DNA of 64,000 nt from Raillietiella orientalis (lineage: Eukaryota): the NCBI GenBank assembly GCA_036172245.1, contig JAYWIR010000018.1, positions 2,170,001 to 2,234,000 of the forward strand. The letters are read 5' to 3'. Each line of letters starts with the position of its first letter. The first letter of the stretch is position 1. Both the position numbers and the translations under genes were made by a program. Positions 1-14,246 of the stretch are shown in pieces. The notes beneath the pieces were generated by a model that had not been told where the DNA came from, ran no database searches, and worked only from the letters and a program-made list of their open reading frames with translations.

Positions 1-129
1 AACGAGTAACGTTATGGTCGAGGAAGCCATCTTGATAAAACGTCATGAGTTGCATGGGATTCTGTTATCTTGTGACCTGTGCTTCTCCTCTGCTGTTTGC
101 CTCCGAAACATAGTTTTCTGCAGACGTTT

Positions 130-1450
130 TCTGAGTCATCCCCTCGCTTTCGAACTCTCGCCAGCAGGAAACTGCATCTTATCATGAGCTTTCAAATAAC
201 AGACGTGGATGAACTTTGGCATTCTCATGCTGTTTCTGGCAGAATTTCTTCTGACCTTTCGGTGCGGTTCCACATGCATCAAGCTTGAATTAATGCACAT
301 CTCACCATGATCCTTGATCATGATCACATCACCTCAAACTTCTCTGTGCCTAAAGAGTTTCAGAAGCCTAAAAAAGTGCAGCCTCAAGAGGTAAAAAGTA
401 AACTTTCGTATAGTTAGAAGAGAATTTGCGACTTTCCCTTTCTATTCTTTTATCTCAACTTTGATCTCAATCTTCTCCTTGCTGTTTCGTCCCTACTCCA
501 GATGTGTTCTTTGTTGAAACAAAAAGCGCCGCTAGTCTACTGAAAAGTCAGATTCTATGGGGTAGATCTTTTTGGACATAAGAGCAGAATCGACTAGAAA
601 ATCAAAAAAAAAAAAAAGAAAGGGTCATCAAATTTGGGAAGTCTGCGGCCAACGCACTTCGTCTTCTCTTAGTGAAGAAGCGCTCGCATCGGTTCTCTGG
701 GAAGCGTTCTCACTACTCAGCTGCCAGTGAAATTTTTTCTGCAATAAGGGGTTCGAATGTACCAGAGGCTCTGGCGTGACAGTGACACGACTCCTCAGGT
801 CGCTCACCTGACCTCATTCTCAATACTTACAAGCCGGAGCATTGCAGTTTAGAATGTGCATGAAGTTCTCGGGAAGTTCTGCCCCATTCCTTGTTCTCAG
901 ATGAATTAGCGTAGAGCGCAAGAAGATCTAAGCAACCAAACTTTCCAAGCTGCTTTTCATCGAAGGAGTGCATCAAATTATTTGGAATCCAGCATCCGCA
1001 AATGGAATTTTTCGCATCCATATAACCACATGAGTTATGATTTTTATTCATCACTCCTTAATAGTAAAGAGGCCTCTGTCTTTCGTAAAGTAATTACACC
1101 ACCTCAGTAATTGCTTCCCTTGGTCTGCCTCTGTATTTTTTCTGGCCATCTATCTGCTACATTTTTCGTCCACTCTCCTGCTGCTTTGAGGAAATCATGA
1201 CCTGACCATCTGTTTACGCTCTTCAAGTTACCCAAGTCAACTGTCAGAATTCTAAATTTTATAATAGCAACTTCCTCCTGCAAACCCCTGTTCTAAGGAA
1301 AGTCCATCGAAATTACCATCCTATTACTCTTCTGAAGACCAATCCATTCTAAGCCACGATAGCTATTCGCCTAATTGGCCTGTCTTTCTCAAAAACCATG
1401 GTGGTCATCAGATCACATTTCCGTGTCTTCACCTTTAGCTTTGTACTCAG
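130..1450 (-). mobile_element. Possible highly degenerate Ty3/gypsy pol (integrase region) relic
   Basis: Minus-strand translation gives IVA*NGLVFRRVIGMVI...SVNRWSGHDF (cf. gypsy L.VEDG..L.G.R.VIP...SVWWPGM), FGCLDLL...SSENKEWG (cf. FGIPE.LVSDNGPQF.S.EF...WG) and a terminal VRRNSARNSMRMP (cf. RRS.R....P). Many stops; resemblance judged by eye only. Confidence 0.3.
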
Positions 1451-4400
1451 GAAATCATTCTCACGCTTTTTGTTCCATATTTGTCGTTCCTTTCAAAACT
1501 AATTGTTTCTACACTGTAATGGGTTCACAAATCTCTTACGCCTAAAAGGGAACCCAGATCCAATCCTGTTCGGGCTATGCTTCTTAATCGAGCGTCTAAG
1601 AAGATTACTTGCCATCTATCACCCTCTTTTTCTCACATCATCTTTTCTCCGATGTGTCCACATCAGACGGAAATTTTTCCCCTGTCACCGCTCCCAGACA
1701 GAGCCTTTCATCTTCCCCCAAACCATTCTCCAATTTTTTCCCAACAAACTTTTCCCAGTTTGCTCAATCCTGGATTTCATCTCAAGATAACTTTCACCAT
1801 TCCATTGCTTTTTAATCTCCTTTATCTTCCCATATTAACTAGAAGACCTCACTTCTCACACTGTACAACTAAATTCTCGATCGTTAGTTGTTTGGGGAAC
1901 TCGACCCGTTACCTACCGCTCTTTGGACGAAAAATGCCCATCCTTCCTTCTTCCTCCCTACAGTTCTTCTGTCGCGTAGGCAATCCTCCTGGAAAGAAGA
2001 AGAAAGAGAGATTCGCTTTCCCTGTAGGACTAAACGGGACCCTCATCAGGGGCCAACTGCCTTTCGTCGGGAAAAGTCGATCTTCGGTGATCGCATCCAG
2101 CATCTCTCTCAGACCCGAGGGTCTCGTTCGCGGGACGAATCGCGACGGAAAGGCAATCACTTGTACGATGCAGTCCGTTCGGTTTGTCACTTTCGATCCA
2201 GAAGGGCTCCCGCATCCCACCCCATCGGAAGGCACGATGGAGACTCGGCTCGCGGGGTGAACCGGCAACAGCTGAGGTCATTTTCTTTAAGCATTCCGTA
2301 AATGCAGCTGTTGCAGCGTGATGATGATCATCTTGACTCTGGGCACCGTATACCTGAGATGATCCCAATCAGTGAGAGCTGACGTGGCAGTACCTCCGGA
2401 AGGCTCTCAGATCTATCCAACTCAACACTTAGAGGAGGACGAGTCACTTAGAGGTTGCCTCCTAACATCGAAAGTCAATGGAGGAAGAGGATCCGAGATG
2501 TATAAATGAAAAGGGAAAAGGACCATGTGATGTCCCAGGGGAAGTTCCCAAGGAGAGCCGGAGCGTGTCGATGCAGAGCACTGAAAGCAGAATCTGAGCC
2601 AAAGTGAAGAAGTCCGCGACTATTTCTTTTCCTGCTGTTCCAGGCTAGTTCTTTACTATCAACTCTATCTCGGTAGATGAACAAGGAGTTCTTTTGTGAG
2701 TGAATTAGGTTTTCTTCATGGTCTGCCTGAAATCATCTTGGGTTACCAAGAAGTTCCTTCTTGGTTGCCCAACGCTGATGCATATGTTTCAGACGTAAGT
2801 AAGGTACTCACTGATGTCCATAAATGTATAAGTCAAGCGCACATTCGTATGTAAAATGAAGTTCAAATTATACGAATAATGGTAGATAAAGAAACCTCTA
2901 CACATTTGTATACATAGGCAACATACGTGCATATAATTTATTTAATACTCAATCGTTAGACGAATGCCAATTTGCGCGTGCAGGTATCAACCCTTTTCCG
3001 GTTTCGAAAAGCTTCAGAGATATATGAATACTAGCAGGAACAGGAAACAAACAGTTGATCATGAGATGAACACCTACTAGGGAGCTGTGACAGATCAAGC
3101 CGCCCTGGAAGCTGGCTTCTACCAATGAACTGCAAGGGAGGGAAATTTGAATCAGTTGTGAGAAAGCAAAGGTGAGATGAGGATGAAAGGGGAGTAAGAC
3201 CCGCCGGCACTTACGAGAAGATGATGAAAATTTGGCAAAGCAAAGCTTCATGGATTGCGGACTGGAAACTTCTAAAAACTTTGAAGTTCCGTCCGATCCG
3301 GAGAGCATCCATTTTTTAAGGTGCCTAAGAGCAAGTGATCGACTTGGTCATATTCGCGATGTGACCGTGTTGATGTGACCTGCTCGACTATCTGTGTCCT
3401 GATGCGCGAAACATGCGATGGGTCTTCGTCTACTGCCTTAGCACCCTGTGTACCATCCGCACGAGCAGGAACGTGGTCTTAAACGCGCAATGAGATGCCA
3501 CGAGTCATAGGAAAGGGAGGTTCTTTCTGTTCCAAAGGCCTCACTGGCAACGGTGGAGCTGCCGCAGCTACTTCGTCGACGCCACTTCCAACTGCAAAAA
3601 GCAGTCCAAGAAATGCTGAAGTTATTACTGCTACTAGAAATAATATTAGAAATAGTATCCATTGTCGTTATGGTTAGCAGAAAATGATAAAGCCCGAATG
3701 ATTCCTGTTCATCAGTGTTCACCCATCTCTGGCATTAGCAGCTGCTCCTAAGGATCACAGTCAACTGCAGGCACTAATTTGAAATATCGATTCCAACAGT
3801 ACATTTTCAAGATCATCTGCTTCGCCGGGTGCTAGACGAAGGATGAAGATCACACATCTCGACGAAGTGTGCGTGCCGGCGGTTCTGGAAGAAGGATGAA
3901 CAATTCCAGCTTTCTGTGTTCCTCTTTTTTATGCCTCTCAGTGAGCACGTTCCCAATAAAACTTGCAACTCCAGAGATAGGCAGGGATCCAAAGACTAGC
4001 CTGACTATAGGAGAAGGGAGTGTGCCAATTTGCGTAGCCTCAGAATCGCGTAGGAAGGGTCTGCGAGGAGGCTGCGGAGAGCCAAGGAGCAGAGACCCAT
4101 CACGCCATCGGATGTGACGGCAGTGTGTTTCTCTGAAAGCTCCAGTGGGACCCTTGGCTCTCCAAAGAACCTCGTTCCTTGTAAGAAGGGGGCAAGAAGA
4201 AGACCAGCCGGCTTCTCGACGTCATTTTTTATAGCCCGAGAATTTCTGGTCTCCAGGATATCTCGTTCTCCTTTGCTAGTAATGTCGTTTCCAAGTACTC
4301 TGTCCCGAGTTCTCTTCAACGTCCCCGTCGAGTCAGGAAGAGCACGGGGGAGAAAAAAGCGGCAGAAGACCAAAAGGCTCAGCGTTTGCCTTTCTTCAGA

Positions 4401-5949
4401 GTTTGATCCTCTGTTTCCGGCTCCAAGGATGCAAACTGCACCAACTTGCGAAATTCGAATCTGCAGGCACATAGCTCTGGATCGGGGAGAGACCAGGACG
4501 CGAAGCATCCGTTTCTTATCCCATCATGCCCGCGTTGGCGGCGTCCATGAGCCCACGGCGTCCGCGCTCTACACCGAACATCTCGGGTTCGAAATCCTTG
4601 AAGGGGATCGACACAGAGTTGGATGCGTCGTGGGTTTCGGGTCTCCCCGCAAGATGACGACAGGATGATCTTCCAGGCTTCGGGTATGCATCGGTAGGAA
4701 GCGCCCGTGTCCGCTTCCGGAGCCTGACTAGCTGCAGGGAAATGGGAGTGATTCTGCGATTCTCTTCAGTGTCCTCCCTTCCCACTTCGGGAGCGCCTCA
4801 GGCTGCGTATCAGTGGGAGCCAGCCTTGTGAGACCCCATGTGATGGTGCTGCCCAGCAACTATGAAGTGAGGTGAAACAGCTTCTTAAGCCCCTCCCCCT
4901 CCACCCTCAAAGAAAAAAAAAAAATTGCTTCTCGGTAAACGGAAGCGTTTCAGCTACCCTTGACACTGGTCCATTTCCCTCCACGCAGGCAGCGGCCTGT
5001 CTTTCAAAATTCTTCTGACCGTCAGCGGCTGTTTTCCTCGGACGAAGGCCGAAGATGCCCTCGGGAAATGCAAGACACAGGCTCGCGCTTTCTGTCCTCA
5101 TCTTTAAGAGGGTTCCGAGTCCAAGAGAGCCTCCGCTCATACTCAACGAAACGAGAGAGGAAGGCAGAAGGACGCCAAATGAGGACACCTCTCTTCCATG
5201 GGTACCTGGAGGCAGGACGATCCTTGTGCAAAACCCCGACCTTCTTCGTGACCGTGAGGACGTGAGGAGAAATCATGAAGGTCGGTTGTGCAAATAGCGC
5301 CAAAAATGGAGGTAGGAATCGCCTCGCATGCCTTAGCCATCGCATGCGGAATTCTCCTCTCTGCGCAAACAGGTGTCACACTCTCTCTGCACTCTCGAAG
5401 ACGACTGCTGGTCCTGGATGACCTCATCTCAACCTAAGAAAATTCTCCAGAAAAAATTCAGCTGGAGAATGCAAAGATGCAACAACCCACGAAAATGTCA
5501 AGCAACTGAACAAGATCGTGACCCGTGGGTGCACGGGGTGTCTCCCAGACAATCTCATCCTTGGTTTAAAGATCGAAATTCCATCAGGAATACGGGATAT
5601 GGGAAAACAGGTTTGGGTCTCCTCGTCGAGTATTTTCTCCCATACGTCTGAAGTAGCAGTCGCAGAAAGGATTGCGACAGACTCCAAGGAGCAGTTCGAG
5701 AGAAACCCGGTAATCAACCTACCCACCACGATTTCCGGAAGCAGGAATCCTGGACATCGTCTCGAAAGAAGCTGACAACGGAGTTATCCGAAGGTATCCG
5801 TATACTGAAGCAGATGCAGGTAAAACAGCCTCTTGTAAACGCTGGTAGCTAATGGAAGACGCTCGTTGCCTGACAACCCGTCGAAAACAAACTAACAGCA
5901 ATAATCGTAGCGCAACGATTATGGAAACAGTAGCAACAGCGGCTGTAGC

Positions 5950-8900
5950 ACAACGGTTGCGATAGAAACTCTGCTACTCGTAATGTTGATATCTCCAAGT
6001 GGGGGAACGGTCACCAGACCGGCTGGCTGGTTGGGTGCGCACGAAATGTCCTTTTCGAACGGTTGCAGCGGATCATTTTCCGGACCGTACGGATTTGTGG
6101 CTCAAGGCAAGCTTCCTTGTGTGCCACTGCTCCGCGTTGCCATGCGGAAGAACAAAAACAAACCACTCGCTTCTCTTCTGCGCTCTTCTTATACAAGGAA
6201 ACTTTTTAGTCTCGTCGAGAAAGAATTTTCCCCGCTTTCGGGAAAGAGGGAAGGAGCATGCTCCCGGTGCTCCCGAGATTTTTTCGATTCTTCGGAGGAA
6301 TTTTCAAGCAGCCTCAGTTCAGGAGCGACGAGCGGTTATGGTTGTCACTGGGATAATAGGGGACATTCGCCCGCCGTTGCACTGGGGACGGGAAGCAAGA
6401 AGGAAATGCCAAATACTGCTCAGGACACAGGAAGCACCGTCTCGAAGAGCAGGCGGCCTCTCACCATTTCTGAAGGCACCTCCTGGTGTATGCCAGCAGC
6501 GAGAACGGGGGAATGCTTTCCAGGAAGCTCAGGAAGCGGAAAGCAGCTCGGGCAGCCAATCCCAGGTAGAATCCCTCTGAGGATGGGAGGAGGAGGAGTA
6601 AAGAAGGTACTAACGACTGATGACGGCAAGAAGGAACCATTTGATTTGATTCAGAAGCACGAAAGGAAGAAAAGGAATCTCCTAGATATAAAAAAGGTAT
6701 GCACTTGCAAAAAAAAAAACTCCTCAATACACGAAAGTTCCTCTTTGACAGAGCTTTTCCTTTTTTTTTTTTGAAGCAAATTCGAAAGGAAAAAGAAAAA
6801 AAAAAAAAGGCATGCATGTCCACTACCACTGAGAAAATCGGTGAGTTCTCGTTTAAAAGTTCTTTCTATTCAAGCCGTGGCCTCACGAAAGATCTGCCAA
6901 AAGAGCGGAGGCTGGAGCTGTTTGCTGAAGGGACCACATATTTCTTGCTACACGCCAAGTTTTACGGTGGGACGTGCACGCGGGAGCTGTCAGCAGGCGG
7001 CAGTTTGCGATCAGCTTTTCTCTCCTTATCAAACTCCACGGGCATCGGAAGGAAGATCCTGGCATACGAGAAGATTTAGTGACAGGAGTATTGGGAATTT
7101 CCCTCGCGACACGCTGGAATTTCGGAAGGAAATAAAGAGACGTCTCTTTGCATTTCCGCAGGCTCCATCTGTTGCAGCCATGAGGAAGAGTGACCTCCAT
7201 CGAGCCGGGCAACCACCACCTCTCAAGGGGGAGGGGGAAAGGGGCACCAGAAACGCAATTTGTGGTTTGCGAACCGTTCAACGTCCCCAGGGTAACACGC
7301 TGAGGTCATACCCATTCCTCTTGCTTCCTAACCCGGCGTCGAGATGGCTTCAGCAAGGGGCGCAGCGCAGCGGAGTATCCGGGGGAAAGATCAGCAGCCT
7401 CGAAAATACTCTGAGCTTTTGCAGTTCCTGAGACAAAAAAAAAAAATCAAAGGTTGGTGAGAGAGAGGTCCGATCGTAAGAAGAAGGGATGCGAATGAGC
7501 AGTTTCAGATATCTGGGAAAATCAGATTTGAAATGAATGGAGTGGACCGAGACAAGTTTTCTTCTCGGGATTCTGAAGGGTAAATAAAGACAGTCCACTC
7601 ACTTCCGCAGAGGGGAAGTCGGACCTTCCGGTCGGGAAGAGGAGAGGTCGTTGAGTGAGGACTCGGGCGAGGACACATGCGGTGCCATCCGTCCGCACTG
7701 TACCGCCGCTGGCCTTGGAGGTGCAAGAGCTCAGGGGAATAAGCACAGCTCGTTTTGCATACCGAGGGAACAGATGGGCGGCAGATGGGTCTCCCACAAC
7801 GCGTGGGAGGATGCAACCACCCCGTGGAAGGACGCTTGGATTCGGCGGACCAGGGTAGCTGGCCGAGAGACGACACGCTGCCCTGAAACCCTGGTCCGCC
7901 GATTCCCAAGCAGAATACTCTCACAATCGCTGAGACGGTGTGGCGTTGCGCCCCCATTCCGCCTCGAGCGGTCGAGCGGACAGGCAGAAGGTCACCCTAC
8001 GAGGATGGAAGTGTATCTCAGTGCTGCTGCTCCTCGGCGCCCATCTTGCAGCGTAGGGCTGTCCTCCACGGAACCGGGTCGCTGATGGGGAATCCCCGGA
8101 GAGGAGGTCGGGCATCCTTCCGCGGCGCTCGCAGGAACCGGAGGCGTGCCGCCACGGGTGGCACCTGCGCCTGCGAGCGGTGCGCCCTGAACTCCCGTCC
8201 GAATTCGGCCGGGATCTCGAGCGGGCCGCCCCCCGCCTTCGGTCCCTCGCAGGAACCGAGGCACTCCACGGGCTGGCGTGCAAGCTCGACGGAGGTTCGG
8301 GGTCAGCTGGCCAGGCCGCGGAATGGGTCCGCGTCCCCCCCCCTCCCTTCCCGACGCCGCGTGGAGTCCGGCAGGGAAAAGAGGCTGCACTTTTGCTGCC
8401 CCGCCATCCTTCTGCCAACACCTCCCTTCCGTGGTCCACGGCACGAGCCGTCGCCGCGGGACGCCGAGGCTGCTGCGATGCGAGCAGCAGCGAGGGTGGC
8501 CTGGACCTTCGCGGAAGGAGCGCGCGTCCGAAGTTGCGGGCCGCCTCGGGCCCCCGGAGCCACGGCAGAGACAACCCCGTGGGTACGAGCGCCGCCTCGA
8601 GTTTTCGCCTGCGTCCTCCACCCGCGAAGACCCGCCGGAAGCTGCGCAACGGCACAGCGCGCGGTGCACTCCGCTTCGCGGCGATGCGCTCTTCCAGGGA
8701 GTGCTCGTTTCCCTCGCCTGCCTCTACGGGAACCGGTCGCGAAGGCAAGTGGGACGGTCGCGAGGGGTGATTTTCTCTGCGGATGCTGGGGACGGCGGTT
8801 CCAGGGAGTGAGCAACGGGAGTTGGATGGTGCCTGCATGGCAGCGCATCTCCATGCTGCTTGGTTCATCCGATTCTCTTGAGCGATGGCAGCGCCGCGAC

Positions 8901-10282
8901 GCACGGCACTGCTTCCTCCGGTCTCCACGAAATTGCTATCCGCAGGTGGACCATGGCCTCGTGATCTCCAGGTCAGCACCCAACGGCGGGTGACTTCCCA
9001 CGAACGCCGATGTGTGCGCCTGCACGCATTATTCTACGGAGGTGCGCCAGCAGCGAAAAACTGCTCTCGCTAGTGCCGGGCAACCACTAGAGGATGTGGG
9101 GATTCGGCTTCCCCGTGAGGTAACTCGCCTCACTAGTGGAAGCCCGCCCATAGATCTCCTGCCGCCCGACGAACTTTAATGCTTGGTGGCAGGAGGATGT
9201 TGTGCTGGGCTATGTTCCAGGAAATGGGCTCAAATCTTTGCTTCTTCCCCCCCCCCCCACGACATTTGTTGCCACGGCCTCTGGAAGCGGTGATGCAGAA
9301 CGCGGCAAAATGGTCGACCCTGGCAGCCATATCCCTCACCTCAACGCTGCCTGTCCTCATGACCTGTCCGCAAGACATGACAGCCTACTGGCGAGATGGG
9401 AGTTTTCCTGGACCATCGCGAGAAAAATTAGACCCCTTGGCGGCTGGAAGACGGGTGAGTTGGCGGATGCTGCCACTCCGCGTGCTTTAGCGAAGGAACT
9501 CCTTCGGTGGAGAGAACATCTGAATGCCGCCCCCGAAGAACTTGGTCCATCCCCATTGTGTAGACGGTTCGTTGTTCTCGAGGCAGGCCATACTGCTCTT
9601 CATCTACTGGGGATTCCAGTGTAATGAGCGACGGCATCGAGTTTCCGGAAGGGTTGCATCCCCGAACTGTTCCAGGTTCCGCACATTTTTCTGGACTGCA
9701 GTGCCCTCCAGGAACTGTGGCGACAACTCCAGGAACTGAGGTTGGCAACAGCACTCCTGCACCAGGAGGACACCGCCCGAGACGTGCTGCGGTGATTCTT
9801 CGCGCCGGGAGACCTCTCGACGGGCGCGGTTATTGCAACCGTGGGTTGCATTCGTGCCATCTTTGGGGCCTGACAGGTGCTATTAAACACCACGCATTAA
9901 AGGGAGATCACCAGGATGGCAGCCACCTACATCAGGAATGTGGCCTCACCTGGAAGAGGAAACCAAGGAGGAGCTCACCGACATCCACCGCCTGATTTGG
10001 AACGGCGGACCCGGTGATCCTTGTCCCCTCTCTCCTCTTACTTTTTTTTTCTGGTTACCCGTTCCCAGTCACTCGGTGAATACGGAGCGACACCAAAGAT
10101 CCCTGCCTTTTCCACCCACTTTGTTTGTTTTTGTTGCCCCTTTGTCCTTCCCTCGTTCCGGACTCGCTGTTGTCCCTCCCTGCGGGCCGGTGGACCCTCT
10201 CCTTGTTCCTTGTTGTCGTCCGTTGGGAAGTTTTGTTCCCAACTGATTTATTGCTATAAAATATATACCGGGTGAAAAAACT
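5950..10282 (+). mobile_element. Degenerate Tx1/L1-like non-LTR retrotransposon (3' ~1.6 kb well supported, upstream part tentative)
   Basis: zf-RVT-type C-terminus FLDCSALQELWRQLQ at ~9690, pyrimidine-rich 3' UTR, and terminus ...CCGGGTGAAAAAA at 10268-10280. Upstream there are faint echoes of RT/EN motifs (HPSALYRRW ~7690; GQPLEDVGIRLP ~9080). Frameshifted throughout. Confidence 0.6.
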
Positions 10283-13200
10283 TTCCACGAGCACCTCGCG
10301 AGAAGTGAGGGGTGACTCCGGTGGAGGAACCTGGAACGGTGGAGGATCCGAATCCGTCGGTTCGATCGGGGCTCCTTCCGTTGTCGACGGCTCGCAGCAG
10401 CTGCTCCTATGAGCGGAGGGATACAGCGCAGCCGAGAAAACGGCCCTATTCTCGCGTCGCCGTTCCTTTTCACCGGCTGGCCGCGCATACCTACGGGGGA
10501 GGGACACTCACTTGCCGCCACGGCGACCGGACGCCGCAACCGCCACCTGCGGGAGAAGCGTCAGCTTGGACCTCGTGACCTCGCTCAATGGATGGCTCCT
10601 GCTGCCCCTGAGGGAGATTTACGGGGACTGGGACTTACCGTTTGCCTGTTGGTGAGCGACGTGCTACAGCTTCCCCGTCGCCGGAGAGGGGTTGACCCAC
10701 AGCGGATGCTCGAGGGTGGGGCGTGCTGCTCTCTGAGAAGAAGGATCGCTGTGGGCCGGAGTTCCTCCCGCGTGCGCTCTTCGAACCTGTCTCTCCGTTT
10801 CTTCCGGCTCCCGGTGGTTCCCTCTGCCGGGTCGACCCTGCTCACCCGAGTTTCCACGTTGGTCCGAGGGTTCCTGGACTTCTTCCGGGATTGCTGAACC
10901 ACGTAGGTTTCTTTTGCTTTCCATGGTGGCGGCGTCGCATTGGCCAGGCAGGTCGTCGGCTCGTCTGTAGCGGCTGCTCAGCTGACGGCTTGCTGGCGGC
11001 GCCTCCTCGCAGCTCGAGGTGACGTCATGGGTTCGTGGACACTGAGCTGGCAGCCCATCGGGACGTTCTTGCTCTACTTCGCCCGTCAGAATCCTTGATC
11101 CCATCGTCGCCCCGCCCCGGAAGCGCTTCCCACGCCTTCCCTATCCCCCGAGCAATGCTCACTGACGTATCCTTGTCGGCTTCAGCCACGCAGCCTGGTC
11201 CCTTTGTGCTGCCTGCCCTTGCGGAAGAGTTCGTCCTTCGGCCTCGGGAAAAGGGTGCGAGTCTTCCTGTCACCGGAGGACGCCCGTCCCCCCAGGAATG
11301 AGCGTTCTCCAGCCAAAGGATGCCCGTACACGGCTCAACAAAAAGGGAAAAGGAGTCGGGAGGAAATTTGCGTCTCCTCGCAGTTTCCACAACACGGAGA
11401 GTCCAACGAGCGCTCTCGTTCGGTAGATGTTTGGAGGGCACTCTAGCCACTGCCTAAAGTAGATGCCTCCGGCTGTGCTAGATTTCTTCCTTGCGAGACG
11501 AGTCGCCGAATGAGAGAGAGCCAGGAATGGACATTTGGTCCGTTCCTGACTCTCATTCGGTCCACGGAGACATTTGGTCCGCGGTTCCAGTTTCCCTACT
11601 CAAAGGAGTGTGGAGCTTGCAGCCGCTGTGAGGCATCGGCCGCCAGGGATCTTCTGGTTCCATGTTCGTTCTTGTGACCGAGCCTGCTGGAAATACGTGA
11701 GCGTTTTCTTTCCCCAACGTGTCCTCTCTTTTGCCAAGTAACGGAGACTGCATCCACGTGGCGTATCGGCAACGTGCGGTAACGTGTCGGCGTTTGCCCC
11801 AAATGCGGGCGCAGAGATTCTCGGGAAGCAACCGTCTCCTTCTGCCTTCCACTCCACTTGCCAGGGCCATCTGGAGGTCACCCGCCATCCTCCACGGGTA
11901 CGATTTCCCCCGACGGATAGCCATCTCGTGGCGAGCGAGAGAAGCAAGCACCTGCGTCGCGGTGCTGCCTTCGCTCAAGAGGGTCGGGTGAACCGAGCAC
12001 ATCGGGGGATGTGCTGCCATGCCGTGCGTCAGTGGCCCCCAAGGGTAATTTCTCTTTTTCCCTCCCCTCGTTCGTGCTCCTCCATGCACATCAAATTTTC
12101 ACAACTTTTTCCACTCTACGTCGGACGCGAGACGACCGCCGGTATTAGCGGAACCACTGGCGAACCGAGTTGCTAGAAAAAGAAGATCCGTGGACCACCT
12201 CCTTCATTCTGTGTTTGTACCAAGTTCCAGTCACTCCAGAGCTGGTTCTTTCCCATCCTGAAAAATGCAGCCTCCCTGTGAAGGCGGCTGCGATTATCAG
12301 TCGGAGGCCGCGACATGTGCGCGGTCTCCATCCGGTAGCAATTCATCTCTCGTGATGTAAATCGAAAATCGCTCCCAGAAAGAGTTCCTTCCGGGATGAG
12401 GTATTTTCGGGAAGGCAGGATGAAGTAGGGAGCGGTTGCGGAGGCAGCGGAATGGAAGATTCCTCGGTTCGGAGGGAGGTAGATGGGAATCAGCGATTTT
12501 GCTATTTCAGCTCGCCTCGAACTGCCTGCACGGCAGCCATGCTTCGGGGAGCTTCGTGACATTCGACCTCACCCTCCCCATGCATTCACAATAATCCAGA
12601 GAATCCTGGAGATCCAATTCGGGTTCGGATCGATATTTTTTAAAAATTGTTGCATGTTTTTCTGATAGATGGCACGAAGGAGCTCGAAGCGAACACCCTC
12701 TTTCACCCTTTTGTCCAGTGTTAGGAAGGACAATACTCATGACTATAAGCTTATGTGGACCCGGGTATTCTTAGGGACGGCCTCATAAAGAACGTTCTTC
12801 CAGGGCGTTTGGGTCCGGCAATTCCGGCTTTCTTTCCGGCTCGGCCTCAACTTTCTGTGAAGGGAGCTATGTGTTTCTTGTGGCCGAGAAGCGGAGGCTC
12901 TTCTGACCTCTGAAGCCTCTAGGCTGTTTGCTGCGGTCTGACAGTCTATGACTACCTGCATGGGTGCACCCCTGAGTTCTGTGAAGGCATCCCCAGTGCG
13001 CTTCTTGAGCAGGCATCAGAGCCTCCTGCTTGAAAAAAGCTTGCTGGTCCAGAGATCTCCCAAGAGCTTCTCTTGAGGACACATCCTGAAAGCCTTCCTC
13101 ATCGCACTCTCTCCCCCTTTGGTGGATGAGGTCATGGTGCTATCGATCGGTTTAGCGAGGACCACTGGTAGGATTTTCAAGAAGACGAGGGGAGGACGCA

Positions 13201-13529
13201 GCCTGTCAGATTCCTGCTTTTTTGTTTCCAGGAATCGTCGTTTACAGACGCCCTTTCTTTCTTGGATTCCCCCTCCTTCCTCCACCATTTGGAGGGATCA
13301 TGGGTGAGCCTGCTTCCTAGGGGATATCGCGAGTCCGTTCGACACGGCCTCCCGCATCAGTGGGAAGAGGAAGTAGTGAAATCTCCTGTGACATCAGAGG
13401 AAGTGAGCCTCCGAATCTTCGGTTTTATCAAGCCCATCGTCACACGATGGAGTAACGCAAACCCACGCTCAAACTCGCAGAAGTGAAAAGCTTTTCCATG
13501 AATTCCTCATGAAAAATGTGAAATCCTGG

Positions 13530-14246
13530 GCTTCCTGATCCACACTTCCAGAATTCTTGCTCGTGGCCAGCACATCGTCGTCTTGCTGATACTCTGGGGC
13601 TCCCTCGAAATGAGCGAGGTCACCCAGCCTCAGGAGGGAGGGTCCTCGGGGAATATGCCCGCTGCTGAATCGTGGGAGCCCTGCCGCACGTGCTGTTGGA
13701 GTGCTCTGGGTTGTGGCAGGGATGGACGTGCACCGTAGGGACGTTCCAACTGTCTGATGATGCCCCTCAGGACCGGAAAACCGAAGGACGGTCACATCTT
13801 TATGCCTACCGGTTGCCCTCTTGCTCGCCATCCTCAGCCATGTGCGAGCAGCAGCACAGGGGCTGAGTGCAGACTTCATTCCGAGAAGCCTCTCACCATT
13901 CGTTCTCGCCTGGATGCAGAGGGAGGGGAAACGGTCCGAACTGGGAGATGAAATAACGGCAAGCCCTCGGGACTGTGGTCAGACTAGCCCGAGACCAAGT
14001 GATAGCAGCTACACTGCCACTTCCCCTCCCGTTCTTGTGCGACGCTGACCCTCGGGAGTCATGTTCGTCACCGTGAAGCCGTCCCACTATTTATTTATTT
14101 ATTGGCCCTTTCCCCTCTCGCCCTGCATTCCCTCCCTAGTTCTGTTCTCATTGAGGTTCGGCGGTTCCTTTCGTTTTGAGCGAACACATGTGAGTCCCTT
14201 TTTAATCCTAAAAAAATCAATTATTTATTCTAAATAAATGGTCTAG
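13530..14246 (+). mobile_element. 5'-truncated Tx1/L1-like LINE 3' fragment
   Basis: YARC*IVGALPHVLLECSGLWQGW zf-RVT motif, T-rich 3' UTR, AATAAATG at ~14233. Confidence 0.6.

Noticed and set aside
2020..2065. CTGATGA...GAAA on the minus strand (also CTGATGA at ~13755, ~34687, ~61097)
   Set aside because: Stem II and flanking helices do not pair as a hammerhead ribozyme requires
7921..8993. Long overlapping ORFs (351-352 aa) on both strands
   Set aside because: GC-rich, Arg/Ala/Pro-biased, no domain; stop-poor decayed LINE sequence rather than genes
11530..11581. 13 bp direct repeat GACATTTGGTCCG
   Set aside because: Only two copies with a short spacer; not a CRISPR array or an assignable TSD
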